NCBI GenBank assembly: GCA_965203805.1
Contig: OZ241917.1
Location: forward strand, 3,840,001 to 3,904,000
Origin: Candidatus Latescibacterota bacterium
GTDB taxonomy: Bacteria > Latescibacterota > UBA2968 > GCA-2709665
DNA length: 64,000 nucleotides
Direction: 5' to 3'
Below the pieces are notes generated by a model. It did no database searches. It had not been told where the DNA came from and saw only the letters and a program-made list of their open reading frames with translations. A program made the translations under genes and the position numbers. Numbering within the stretch: position 1 is the first letter of the stretch; each line of letters begins with the position of its first letter. This document shows, piece after piece, positions 39,634 to 49,941 of this stretch.

Positions 39634-40650
39634 GTGTTGGCCATGAGCAATCGAGAGTTGGTTTCCGTCATCATTCCAACGTATAATCGGGCGAGTTATC
39701 TGGTGCAGTCGCTGGAAAGTGTATTGGCTCAATCGTACCGGAACCTCGAAGTAATCGTTGTTAACGATGGCTCCACTGATGAGACAAGAGCGATATTGGA
39801 GCCTTACCGTAATCGAATTGCGTACTACGAAAAAACAAACGGCGGCAAATCATCAGCGTTGAATCTGGGACTCAAATACATTTCGGGAGAGTATGTCTGG
39901 GTTTTTGATGACGACGACGTCGCACTGCCTGAACTGGTCGAGTCCCATATGTCGGTTTTTGAATCCCAACCCCAGGTCGATTTCGTATATAGCGGATATG
40001 CGTTTTTTGAGGGCAAAGACTCAGACAACGTCATCGAGACGGTCAAGGCTCGTGCATATCCGGATCGTGAGATGGTGGGCGAACTGCTGAATGGGAATTT
40101 CATCAGTGGCGTTTCAGTCGTAGTCCGAAAACGATGTTACGATCGTGTGGGATGTTATGATGAACGGCTGATTCGCGCTCAGGACTACGATATGTGGATC
40201 CGCCTGGCACGCGCAGGTTTTAAAGCGGGCGTAATAGGACGGCCGTTAGTGAGGGTGCGTAAACACGAAGGCTTGCGGGGATCTGAAGAGGACCGGTTTG
40301 ACACCTCCGTTTTGATGGAAAAACACCTGGAGTATCATCGAATAATCATGCAAAAGGTTTATTGGGAAGTCCCGTTGGATGTCATCTCGCCGGAAATGGC
40401 GGATGCTCCGGATGATCCGAAACGAATCTTGCGGGCGTTGTTGAAGCGCACCTGGATTGTGGCCAATAGAATGTTGGTGGATGAGACCACCCGAGATCTT
40501 CGTATCGTTCGTGACCACCTTTCGCAATATGAAAAATTGCGCCTGGATGATCGTCAAAGGTCATTTCTTTCTGCATTGAAGGACTACGCGGGCAGACGAA
40601 GACAGTCCGAGATTGTGTCGTTGAGTGAGCTCTTATTACAATCTGCATGA
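39634..40650 (+). CDS. GT2-family glycosyltransferase
   Basis: VSVIIPTYNR, VVNDGSTD, N.GKSSALN.G, FDDDD and QDYDMW.R. Confidence 0.92.
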   Translation: MLAMSNRELVSVIIPTYNRASYLVQSLESVLAQSYRNLEVIVVNDGSTDETRAILEPYRNRIAYYEKTNGGKSSALNLGLKYISGEYVWVFDDDDVALPELVESHMSVFESQPQVDFVYSGYAFFEGKDSDNVIETVKARAYPDREMVGELLNGNFISGVSVVVRKRCYDRVGCYDERLIRAQDYDMWIRLARAGFKAGVIGRPLVRVRKHEGLRGSEEDRFDTSVLMEKHLEYHRIIMQKVYWEVPLDVISPEMADAPDDPKRILRALLKRTWIVANRMLVDETTRDLRIVRDHLSQYEKLRLDDRQRSFLSALKDYAGRRRQSEIVSLSELLLQSA

Positions 40651-42548
40651 CATGGGCGGCGGGGTATGTGGATGGCAGTGATTGGGATTCGTCGATGACA
40701 TCCAGAATAACCTCAATTGCAAAATCACTTATGTTCGTTCTGGTGTGGTTCGTGAGCCTGAACGTTGAAATGGCTGCAGCCGACAGTGTATGGGCACAGG
40801 TTGAAGACATCTTGGCGACAGATCAAGGATTGATGGTGCTGGATGGGATGGAAAAGGTTCCTGCGCGGTACGCAGGCAAAGACGATCCGGTCTACGGCGA
40901 CTGGCTGGTCCTCCACGCGTTTTCCGAGCCGGGAACGTTCAACCCGTATGGCGGGATGGACTATAGTTCTTACAGAATCCTGGAGAACGTGTTCGAGTCG
41001 ATGTTGTATATGGAGGCGCCGTCGCCGTACGAGTTCAAGGGCAAATTGGCGAAGGGGTATCCGGCGGTGTCCGAGGACAGGCTCTCCTACACCTTCGATC
41101 TACGGGAGGAGATTCGCTTTTCGGATGGGAGACCATTAACCACCGAAGATGTACTGTTCACCTTCAAGGTGATCAAGAATCCGGACGTCCAGTTATCGGG
41201 ATTCGTGCGAAGCGGCTTCAAGGACCTGAGTGCGGTTCGACCCGAGGGGCCTTATAGAATCACGTTTGCCTACCGGGAACCCTATTTTTATAATGCGATC
41301 AATATTGGACGGCGGTGGATCCTTCCGAAGCACTATTACGACCCCGACGGGCTGATGGACCGTGTCCGTATCGAGGACCTGATCGACGGCTCGTGGGAGG
41401 CGGGTCCCCAGGCCGACCTGGTGCGCCGGTTCGCGGAGCGGTTCAACAGGGATTTCAGCAAGCATGCGCTCGGCTCCGGCCCCTACGTGCTTCCCCATTC
41501 AGACGACGCGGCGTCGCCGGGGAAGACCGTTCTGGACCGGGACCCGGACTATTGGGGACGAGGCAGGAAGGACCTTCCTCCCGCAGGGTACGTGGACAAA
41601 CTGGTGTTCAACGTGGTTGTGAACCCGGATGCGGCGTTTATCGAACTGGTCAACGGCAACCTGGACGTCTTGAACATGTACCCCCTGCCATTCAAGGAGA
41701 AAAGCTGGTCTCCTGAATTCACGTCGCGATTTCTTAAGGTTATCCGTTACGCAAGCGGCATCAATTTCATCGCGTGGAACAACACCCATCCGATTTTCCG
41801 CGATAGGCGGGTCCGCCGGGCGATGAGTCATCTCACGCCGCGCAAGAGCATCATCCGAAATCTGATCTACGGACTCGGCGTACCCATCGACGGACCGGTG
41901 CATATGTCTCGCCCGGAATTTCACGCGGGACTGGAACCCCTTGAGCATAACCGCGATCGGGCGGTCGAATTGCTGCAGGCGGCAGGCTGGACGGACACAG
42001 ACCGGGACGGCGTTCTGGACCGTGTTGTGGACGGCGCCAAGACAGCATTCGAGTTTGAATTCCTGGTAGCGGCCGGCTCGCAGCTCAGCAAAGATATCGC
42101 CCTGGTGATGCAGGACGAACTTGCGGACGTGGGAATCGGCTGCAGGGTGCGTGAAATAGATCGTTCCATTTTTGGCGAGCGGTTGCGAAAGCGGGAGTAC
42201 GATGCGTTGTTCACCGGCGTGGGCAGCCATCCGGCGCTGCCGCTGGATCTACATTCAAGCTGGCATTCGTCGCAGGTCAAAGACGGCGCCAATTATTCCT
42301 GTTTCGCGAACGAAGAGGCGGACCGCATCCTGGAACGGTATCGCCGTACGTTCGACCCTGACCGACGGATCTCGCTCTACCGGAGGCTCCAGGAAATCCT
42401 GTACGATGAACAGCCCTATACGTTTATCTTCGTGGGGCGGTCGGTCACGGCCTACAGCAAGCGGTTCCAAGGGGTCAACTGGTATCCTTCGGGACGGACC
42501 GATTTTCTGGAATGGTGGGCGCCACCGTCGGACCGGCGTTATCCGTAA
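40647..42548 (+). CDS. ABC peptide substrate-binding protein (family 5), orphan
   Basis: EPGTFNP, LSYTFDLRE.IRFSDG.PLT.EDVLFTF, GSGPY, F.D.RVRRAMS and LQEILYDEQPY. No permease or ATPase gene nearby. Confidence 0.88.
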   Translation: MTWAAGYVDGSDWDSSMTSRITSIAKSLMFVLVWFVSLNVEMAAADSVWAQVEDILATDQGLMVLDGMEKVPARYAGKDDPVYGDWLVLHAFSEPGTFNPYGGMDYSSYRILENVFESMLYMEAPSPYEFKGKLAKGYPAVSEDRLSYTFDLREEIRFSDGRPLTTEDVLFTFKVIKNPDVQLSGFVRSGFKDLSAVRPEGPYRITFAYREPYFYNAINIGRRWILPKHYYDPDGLMDRVRIEDLIDGSWEAGPQADLVRRFAERFNRDFSKHALGSGPYVLPHSDDAASPGKTVLDRDPDYWGRGRKDLPPAGYVDKLVFNVVVNPDAAFIELVNGNLDVLNMYPLPFKEKSWSPEFTSRFLKVIRYASGINFIAWNNTHPIFRDRRVRRAMSHLTPRKSIIRNLIYGLGVPIDGPVHMSRPEFHAGLEPLEHNRDRAVELLQAAGWTDTDRDGVLDRVVDGAKTAFEFEFLVAAGSQLSKDIALVMQDELADVGIGCRVREIDRSIFGERLRKREYDALFTGVGSHPALPLDLHSSWHSSQVKDGANYSCFANEEADRILERYRRTFDPDRRISLYRRLQEILYDEQPYTFIFVGRSVTAYSKRFQGVNWYPSGRTDFLEWWAPPSDRRYP

Positions 42549-42878
42549 GTCAGAAATCTGGCAGCCTGGCGAATGGAAATCCTGGGAGCGAGGGCGTCTC
42601 GCCCCCGAGGGTTTTCAACCCAGCTTCCTGCCCTGTGAACTGTCAGCTTTTGGCTGCCGGAGCCACCTATCGCCAACCAATTCAACGGTGGGGTGGAGGG
42701 AGCTGATAGCTGACGGATGAATGCTCACAGTAGAACAGGCTGTCAAGCCACGCAATTCCTGCTTCGCGACAGTTTTCATCATCGTGATGACCATTAAACC
42801 AATCCACAAATAGTTTCGTATGGAAGACGTGAACGAATCTGTTTACGTATACAAGAGACCTATTTCGCAGGGTTTGTT

Positions 42879-45800
42879 ATGGCCGATCTTGATGCCGGAA
42901 CGATCGTAGACGGACACTATGAGATTATCGCGCCGGTCGGGAGTGGGGGTATGGGAACCGTTTATCGTGCGCGCGACGTCCAGGATAATGAGACCATTGC
43001 GTTGAAGATGCTTAACATTCCGAAACACGGAGCGCAGCGTAGGTTCTTAAGGGAGTTTAGCATCCTGTCCAGGATCCGTTACCCCCGAATTGTACGCTCA
43101 CACAGGTGGGGGGTGTACAAGGGAAGACCTTATTTTTCCATGGATTACGTCCGGGGTCGGACTCTGTCTGACGTAATTGACGACGCGGTGGACCACGAGA
43201 AGCTGAGAACGACGTGGTTCCTCCAATTTGTACAGCAGATTGGCGATGGATTGGTGCACATCCACGAACAGGGCCTGATACACCGGGACTTGAAGCCATC
43301 CAACATAATGATTTCCCAAGCTGGCGGAAATCTCTACGTTACGATTATGGATCTGGGACTCGCACGATTTCAGGAGTCGTTTTACGGGCAACTTACTCAG
43401 CCCGGGACGACCACAGGTACGGTGGAGTATATATCTCCAGAACAGATCCGTGGTCGGTCTGTCGACCAACGTTCTGACTTGTATTCGCTGGGGGTAATAC
43501 TGTACGAAATTCTCACCGGGAAACCGCCGTTCTGCGGCGGAAATCCAGCTTCGGTAATCTTTCGGCATCTCAGAGATCGACCCCGTACGCCTCACGTGCA
43601 AGGCATTCACGACCGGATCACGAGCGTGGTCCTGAAGCTGCTGGAAAAGGATCCGATTGACCGCTATAACTCTGTTCGGAGTCTTCTTCAGGATCTGCGG
43701 GAAAACGCCAGTGCCAAATCCGCTATTGGGATCGGGACTCCTTCTGCTACAAAGCCACCCGATCATTTTTTGCAACCCCAATTTCAGGGCCGGGAAAGTG
43801 AATTGATGGTGCTTCGGAAGGTTCTGAGCGAATCTCGCGATAGTGTGACACGAATGGTCCTGATTAGCGGAGAGGCCGGAATCGGGAAATCTCAGCTGCT
43901 GAATGAGTTCCAAGCCGATGCCCGCGTTCACGGGATGCGTATCCTTAGCGGGCGTTGTTATGAGAGCGGTGGGCGGGCATACGGTCCATTCCTGAAAGCG
44001 TTGACGGACCTGGCAGGGAGGCCGGGCAATCAAGGTTCGGATCTGGAAGTATCCGTTATGCGGGTTCTGGCGCAAATTGAACAGCTGGCGGATAACGATC
44101 AGAATGATCCTTACGCAGTGATGGAAATTTTGTCGGAGTTCTTCCGGATCCTTAGCCGTGAAACACCTACCCTCGTTTGCGTGGACGATATTCAGTGGGC
44201 AGACGATCTGAGTTTGCGGTTTCTGGATTTCATGAGACGCGATACAGACCCATCGAAACTCTACTTCGGCCTGACGTGCCGGAAGGAGGGCGAAGACCAG
44301 TTGCCGGCTCGTATCGAGGCGGTATTTCCCAACGCAGACGGACCCGGAATCGCCCATTTGAGACTCGAGCCGCTCAGTTTTGTGGAAATCAAGAATCTTG
44401 TTGCATCCATACTAGGCGAACCGACCGTGCCGGATGACGAAGCCCGCAGAATTCGTAGGGAGACAGGTGGAAATCCTCTGTTTGCCGTCGAACTGGTCCG
44501 CGGGGCCATCGATGATGGCTCAATTCACCAGGACATTTCAGGCGGGTGGACATGGTCGCGGTCAACCGCGTGGCCCATGCCCGCGGGCATCACGCAGGCG
44601 ATCGATTCGCGTCTCCGTCGGTTGCGGTCTGACGACCGCCGGGCGCTGGAATACGCTTCGATTTTTCGGGGGGCGGTTTCATTCGATCTGATTTCGGAAA
44701 TATGGCGCGGCGATAACTTGCGGTTGCTGGAAGCACTTGAAGGGCTTGTCCGCCTGGGTCTTCTGAGAGCTCTCGAGGACAGCGAGGGGCGGTACCGGTT
44801 TTCTCATGGGTTGATCCAGCGGGCGGTTTACCACGGTATCTCAGAAAAGAAACGCGAACTGTTGCATCTGGAAGCAGGCCGAGCCCTGGAGCCGCGATTC
44901 GAGACGGACTCGGATGAGACGTTGGACGATCTGGCTTATCATTTCTCAAGGTCGAACGACATCGAGAAAACGGTGAGTTGGGTACTGGCAGCTGGTCGCA
45001 AGGCCGTTAATATGAGTGACTTTATACAGGCTGTAGACCACTTTGAAACCGCAATTAAAAGAGGCGCGTTCTTGGCGGATGCGCCAGATAGGATTTGTGA
45101 GGGGTCATTGCATTACATTGATTTTCTCTGCGCATATGCGGAAGCACTTTCCGGATGTGACAGGTTTGACGAAGCCCTAGCCGAGTTGGAGAAGGCCATG
45201 CGGTGGATTTCCAACGATACGCCCGCTCAAAAGGCCGCCGCCCTTACTATGTTGGGTATAAACCACTCAAATTCGGGGGAATTTAAGAAGGCCGAATCGG
45301 TGTGGATGAAAGCTCTGAGCCTTTACCGAGATCTGGGCGATGATGAGAACGAATTGGTGACCCTAGGACTTCTATCGAACGTCTACTTGGATCTGAACTA
45401 TAACAAAGCGGCGGCTAACTATTTTCGCTTGGCCGCTGAAAAGTGCCAGCAGCTAGGTGGCGCTGTAAACAATGCTCGCGCGGAGCTTTTTCTCGCATTT
45501 GAGGCAGAATTGGAGTGCCGAACTGAAGGAGCAAGAACGCTTCTGCAGTCTTCGCTCGATCAGTTGGATCAGAACGGAGACCGTATCTATCGATATTCAT
45601 GTTTGTACCAGTTGGGGCGCATTGAATTACGCTTGGGAAATCTTGACCGTGCGCAGGAGATTTTTCAAGAGCTTCTAGTCTTCTGGCGCAGGTGCGGATC
45701 GAGGAGTTCTGAAGCCAATGCCAATTTGTATCTCGGCAGGATTGCACTGGAACAGGGAGACGCCAACGGCGCGGAATCGCAGGCTCGTGCCGCGGAGCGA

Positions 45801-47741
45801 CTTGCTGTGGATCGAGATCTATGCAATGAATACCATAGGGCTTGTGCGCTTCTCGCCGAGATAATGGCAGAAAGCGGACGTGTCGATGAGGCTCTTTCTT
45901 GGGCTGAACGGGCATCTCCCGGTGTAGACGCCGGCGACGATATGCGCAGTACGGTTCTGACAGCTAAAGCAAAAGCTCTCTCGGCCGCGGGCCAAGATGA
46001 AAATGTCCAATCGCTATTGGAAGTAGCACTTCAAAGCCAGGACGCGCAGCCAGCATCGGAACAGGTACGTCTTCTTCTCGTTGCAGGAATACACCATTTG
46101 GACAGGGGTCAATCCGAGGATGCCCGATGTTACCTGGAGAGAGCCAAACGTGGAGCGGAGGTGATGGGAATGAGTTATTTATCTCGTAAAGCTTCCGACA
46201 TGATTGGCAGAATTCCAGTTCAATTCCGCGAGGAGTCAAACGTAGACCAGTTGGCTCGTGGACTTACTGAGAAGCAACTTGCGACACTTTACGAAGTGTC
46301 AAACGATTTGACGTCTGTGCTCGAATTGAATACGCTACTGGATCGAATTCTTGATCGGCTAATAGGAGTAAGCAGAGCCGAACGCGCTGTAATTGCCCTT
46401 AAGGACCAGACGGCGCAAGGTGTTCAGGCGGCACGTGTCTACAACCTAGAACATGCGGCAACACAGGAGATTAGCAGAAGCGTTATTAGGGAGTCGATGC
46501 GACGAAACGAACCGATTTTATGTGTGAACGCGCAGGTTGATGAACGTTTTGGTCAGCAGGCGAGTGTTGTCGCGTACGGCATCCGTTCGGTGCTTTGCGT
46601 CCCTCTACACCATGAAGAGTTGGGCGTAATTGGAGCGTTGTATATAGACCACCGCGGCATAGAGGACCTATTTGCGGAACGGGACCGGGCCATGTTATCG
46701 GCCTTTGGGAATCTGGTATCCATTGCGGTTGTCAATGCTCGGATGTACTCGCAAATCAGGGACCGGGCGCTATTCTTTCAGAAGCAGATCGAGGGTCGCC
46801 ACCAATTGGAAGAACTGATCGGTCAGAGCCGGGCGATGCAGGACGTGTTCAGCCTGGTTGACGTTGCGGCGGAAAGCGACGTGACCGTACTGATTCAGGG
46901 TGAAACCGGAACGGGCAAGGAACTGGCCGCTCAGGCCATCCACGCACGCAGCGAACGAAAGGAACAGCCTTTCATGTCGGCCAATTGCGCCGCGCTCACC
47001 CACGAACTGCTTCAGAGCGAACTCTTCGGTCACAAGAGGGGTGCCTTCACCGGGGCCGTATCCGACCGAAAAGGGCTGTTTCTATCCGCGGACGGCGGCA
47101 CGGTATTCCTGGACGAAATTGGAGATGCTTCTCCACAATTGCAAGCAAGCCTATTGCGGGTACTTCAGGACGGTGAGATACAGCGAGTCGGTGAGACGGT
47201 GGTCCGGAAAGTAGATGTCAGGGTGATCGCAGCCACGAACCGCGACCTGGAAGCGGATGTTCGCAACGGCTTGTTTCGAGAGGATCTATACTATCGCCTG
47301 AGGGTATTGCAGATTGAGATGCCGCCCCTTCGTGATCACATTGACGATATTCCGCTGCTGTCGGAGCATATTCTGAAACGTGTCTGTGCGGACCAGGGTA
47401 AGTCTGTGCCGGGTTTTACCGTAGGGTCAATACAGGCAATGATGGGTCATGAGTGGCCGGGAAACGTGCGAGAATTGGAAAACGAGATCAGACGCGCGGT
47501 TGCCCTGGTAGAAGAAGGCAAGGAAATCGCTGTCGATCTATTGTCCGAGAAGATCGGGCTTCACGAAAAATTGAACGGCCGGGAACGCGGTTATTTCAAA
47601 GCAAGTGTGATGGCCGTGAAAAGGAGGATGATTGTTGAAGCTCTCGGCAAATGCGGCGGGAATATCACTCGCACAGCCGATCAACTCGGGCTGAGCCGAA
47701 ACGGGCTTCAAAAGATGATGGCACGTTTCGGCATGAGGTGA
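42879..47741 (+). CDS. Ser/Thr kinase-STAND ATPase-TPR-GAF-sigma54 enhancer-binding activator with Fis HTH
   Basis: Kinase: [35 protein letters not shown]: [33 protein letters not shown]: [16 protein letters not shown]. Activator: [49 protein letters not shown]: [14 protein letters not shown]. Confidence 0.93.
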   Translation: MADLDAGTIVDGHYEIIAPVGSGGMGTVYRARDVQDNETIALKMLNIPKHGAQRRFLREFSILSRIRYPRIVRSHRWGVYKGRPYFSMDYVRGRTLSDVIDDAVDHEKLRTTWFLQFVQQIGDGLVHIHEQGLIHRDLKPSNIMISQAGGNLYVTIMDLGLARFQESFYGQLTQPGTTTGTVEYISPEQIRGRSVDQRSDLYSLGVILYEILTGKPPFCGGNPASVIFRHLRDRPRTPHVQGIHDRITSVVLKLLEKDPIDRYNSVRSLLQDLRENASAKSAIGIGTPSATKPPDHFLQPQFQGRESELMVLRKVLSESRDSVTRMVLISGEAGIGKSQLLNEFQADARVHGMRILSGRCYESGGRAYGPFLKALTDLAGRPGNQGSDLEVSVMRVLAQIEQLADNDQNDPYAVMEILSEFFRILSRETPTLVCVDDIQWADDLSLRFLDFMRRDTDPSKLYFGLTCRKEGEDQLPARIEAVFPNADGPGIAHLRLEPLSFVEIKNLVASILGEPTVPDDEARRIRRETGGNPLFAVELVRGAIDDGSIHQDISGGWTWSRSTAWPMPAGITQAIDSRLRRLRSDDRRALEYASIFRGAVSFDLISEIWRGDNLRLLEALEGLVRLGLLRALEDSEGRYRFSHGLIQRAVYHGISEKKRELLHLEAGRALEPRFETDSDETLDDLAYHFSRSNDIEKTVSWVLAAGRKAVNMSDFIQAVDHFETAIKRGAFLADAPDRICEGSLHYIDFLCAYAEALSGCDRFDEALAELEKAMRWISNDTPAQKAAALTMLGINHSNSGEFKKAESVWMKALSLYRDLGDDENELVTLGLLSNVYLDLNYNKAAANYFRLAAEKCQQLGGAVNNARAELFLAFEAELECRTEGARTLLQSSLDQLDQNGDRIYRYSCLYQLGRIELRLGNLDRAQEIFQELLVFWRRCGSRSSEANANLYLGRIALEQGDANGAESQARAAERLAVDRDLCNEYHRACALLAEIMAESGRVDEALSWAERASPGVDAGDDMRSTVLTAKAKALSAAGQDENVQSLLEVALQSQDAQPASEQVRLLLVAGIHHLDRGQSEDARCYLERAKRGAEVMGMSYLSRKASDMIGRIPVQFREESNVDQLARGLTEKQLATLYEVSNDLTSVLELNTLLDRILDRLIGVSRAERAVIALKDQTAQGVQAARVYNLEHAATQEISRSVIRESMRRNEPILCVNAQVDERFGQQASVVAYGIRSVLCVPLHHEELGVIGALYIDHRGIEDLFAERDRAMLSAFGNLVSIAVVNARMYSQIRDRALFFQKQIEGRHQLEELIGQSRAMQDVFSLVDVAAESDVTVLIQGETGTGKELAAQAIHARSERKEQPFMSANCAALTHELLQSELFGHKRGAFTGAVSDRKGLFLSADGGTVFLDEIGDASPQLQASLLRVLQDGEIQRVGETVVRKVDVRVIAATNRDLEADVRNGLFREDLYYRLRVLQIEMPPLRDHIDDIPLLSEHILKRVCADQGKSVPGFTVGSIQAMMGHEWPGNVRELENEIRRAVALVEEGKEIAVDLLSEKIGLHEKLNGRERGYFKASVMAVKRRMIVEALGKCGGNITRTADQLGLSRNGLQKMMARFGMR

Positions 47742-47882
47742 TTGCATGCAAAGATATTGTTAATGGATGTAGCCGGCGTGCGCAACAAATGGTGAGGGCA
47801 CGACGTCGACGTCGACGATGTGCCACCTGTTATGAGATACTGATATTAAATGAGTTAAACGTACAATATCCGTGAAACACCA

Positions 47883-47915
47883 CAAATAGACGTATAAAGT
47901 GTATACATCTATTTG
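47883..47915. promoter_or_regulatory. Inverted repeat, putative upstream activating sequence
   Basis: CAAATAGACGTATA-AAGTG-TATACATCTATTTG has 14-bp arms with one mismatch. It lies about 90-120 bp upstream of the -24 element. Confidence 0.6.
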
Positions 47916-48001
47916 CTTAGGACTGGCTGAAGACTATAGACATATTGTTATAATCTATTGTTTTTAAATCGCTTGTGCAACTGCATGAGCGATTTTTTTA
48001 T

Positions 48002-48017
48002 TGGCATGCCAATTGCT
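48002..48017 (+). promoter_or_regulatory. sigma54 (-24/-12) promoter
   Basis: TGGCATGCCAATTGCT versus consensus TGGCACGNNNNTTGCW. GG at 48003-48004 and GC at 48015-48016 give exact N10 spacing. Directly downstream of a sigma54 activator gene. Confidence 0.85.
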
Positions 48018-48071
48018 ATAAACGTAACACGATAAATGCCAAAGCTTGTCCGCCCAAAAGGAGGAAGAATT

Positions 48072-48275
48072 ATGAAATCCGATGGATCCAAGAGGAATCT
48101 GCGTGCGATTAATGCAGCCGTAGGTAGGAACGGCAGGATCAACAGCTATCTGACATCGTCCGAGCCGTTTAAGGGGTTTGTCTGCACCTGGCCACGATTT
48201 CGCGTACTACCCCCTCCCACCAAGACAGTGGCCCACGTAGAGGCGTTCACCGAGGGATCTAGTCATTCGGGTTAG
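48072..48275 (+). CDS. Putative RiPP precursor peptide (67 aa, PapA-like leader)
   Basis: Strong RBS AAAGGAGGA before ATG. MKSDGSKRNLRAINAAVGRNGRINSY-LTSSEPFKGFVCTWPRFRVLPPPTKTVAHVEAFTEGSSHSG. Lies between the sigma54 promoter and the radical SAM gene. Confidence 0.78.
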   Translation: MKSDGSKRNLRAINAAVGRNGRINSYLTSSEPFKGFVCTWPRFRVLPPPTKTVAHVEAFTEGSSHSG

Positions 48276-48324
48276 GGCGTGTTTTCAGATTAAAGCGCGC
48301 CGCCAATCCGTAGGGGGAAATCAC

Positions 48325-49806
48325 TTGCTAAAGATTAAAAGATGTGAAATGCATCTTTTTAGGACGCCGCAAACTATCCATGCAATTGTATTCCAGGTCC
48401 GCACAGGTATTTTTTTCGAATTGGACCCGGTCTGCGAATCGATCTTGAAACGATGCGACGGGCTTTCGGCCGAAGCTTCTGTCTCCGAACTTGCTACTGA
48501 GCACAATCGTGACGATGTCCTCAATTCTATCGAGGTTCTGGAAAAGGTAGGGTTAATATCCGACGCTTCCTTGCAACTCCTTTCGTCGACAACATTGTAC
48601 GATGAACTGCCTTGCGAGAACCCAGGACTTAACAACTACTCAGATCCGTTTCATGTCACACTTCACGTGGCGCATGCGTGCAACATCAAATGCGCCTATT
48701 GCTTCGCCCATGGAGGCGACTACGGCGGACCGCCGGGTTTGATGCATCTCGACGTCGCGCATCAGGCCGTACGATGGGCGTTGGTTTCAGCCATCCCGCA
48801 CAAGAGATGCCAGATCGACTTCTTCGGCGGTGAGCCGCTACTGAATTTCGAACTGATTCAATCGACCGTGCCGTATGCCCGCGAATACGCCCATGAGTTA
48901 GGGGTTGGGGTATCATTTGGTGTAACTACCAACGGATCTTTGCTATCAGAAGAAATAGTCCAGTATCTAACTGGCGAAGAAATCCAGGTTATGGTTAGCG
49001 TAGATGGAAACGCGGCTATTCAAGATCGACTTCGAAAGTTCAATGACGGTAGCAAAACCTTCGATGTTGTGGCTCAAGGAGTCAAAAGGTTAACCCAGAA
49101 GTCGGCAGGGCAGGTGACTGTACATGCAACGATGACATCATTCAATATGGACGGAGACGCAATTGAAAGGGACTTGGAAAAACTAGGTGCGGCTCAGCTA
49201 GAGTTCGCTCAAGTCGTGGCATCCCCGAATGTTCCCTATGCATTTCGAGAGGAGCATCTTCCGGAGTTAAAGCGCGGACTTTACAAGAAGAGCAAGCGAG
49301 AACTTGAGGCAATTCTCAACGGTTCGCAGAATGCCGGATTTTTCGATGAATATATAGAGAGGTTGATGAGACGTGATAATGTCTGCCATGGCTGCCAGGG
49401 CGGGAAGACATTTTTCGCGGTGGCTGCGGACGGCGCGATCTATTTCTGTTCCAGTTTGGCGGACAGCCCGGAATTTAAGATGGGGGATGTATTCGCCGGA
49501 TTGGACGTACAAATCCAAGACCGAATCAAAGAGACGTTTCAGGTAGACAACCGAACCGATTGCCGGGCCTGCTGGGCAAGGAATCTGTGCGGCGGAAGCT
49601 GTTTATTTGATGCACGTACTTCAACCGGGGATCCGTTGAAACCCAATCCGGTGTCGTGCGAACAGATACGGTATCGATACGAGTTGGCGATGGAGATGAG
49701 TTTGGAAATCCAAAACCGAGACGAGGGGATTCTTAGAAACAGATACGATTTGGAGTGGACAGATCAAGAAGATGAACCGCCCCAACATTGTATTAGTCGC
49801 GAATAA
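48325..49806 (+). CDS. Radical SAM/SPASM peptide maturase with N-terminal RRE (CteB/PapB-like)
   Basis: RRE-like N-terminus (HLF...IVFQVRTGIFFELD), CNIKCAYCF, FFGGEPLLNF, TTNGSLL and SVDG...QD.LR. SPASM: CHGC...IYFC...CRACWARNLCGGSC...C. Confidence 0.92.
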   Translation: MLKIKRCEMHLFRTPQTIHAIVFQVRTGIFFELDPVCESILKRCDGLSAEASVSELATEHNRDDVLNSIEVLEKVGLISDASLQLLSSTTLYDELPCENPGLNNYSDPFHVTLHVAHACNIKCAYCFAHGGDYGGPPGLMHLDVAHQAVRWALVSAIPHKRCQIDFFGGEPLLNFELIQSTVPYAREYAHELGVGVSFGVTTNGSLLSEEIVQYLTGEEIQVMVSVDGNAAIQDRLRKFNDGSKTFDVVAQGVKRLTQKSAGQVTVHATMTSFNMDGDAIERDLEKLGAAQLEFAQVVASPNVPYAFREEHLPELKRGLYKKSKRELEAILNGSQNAGFFDEYIERLMRRDNVCHGCQGGKTFFAVAADGAIYFCSSLADSPEFKMGDVFAGLDVQIQDRIKETFQVDNRTDCRACWARNLCGGSCLFDARTSTGDPLKPNPVSCEQIRYRYELAMEMSLEIQNRDEGILRNRYDLEWTDQEDEPPQHCISRE

Positions 49807-49941
49807 TGACTGTTGGGGATGGCTGAGACAACGTCAACCGCCAGTGGATTTCCACTTGAGTCGCACGTCTTCGTCGGCGCTTGACTCGACCCGAATTCCG
49901 AAACCACTTGAGTATGGTTCTTATGAGACAGGATCTGAATC

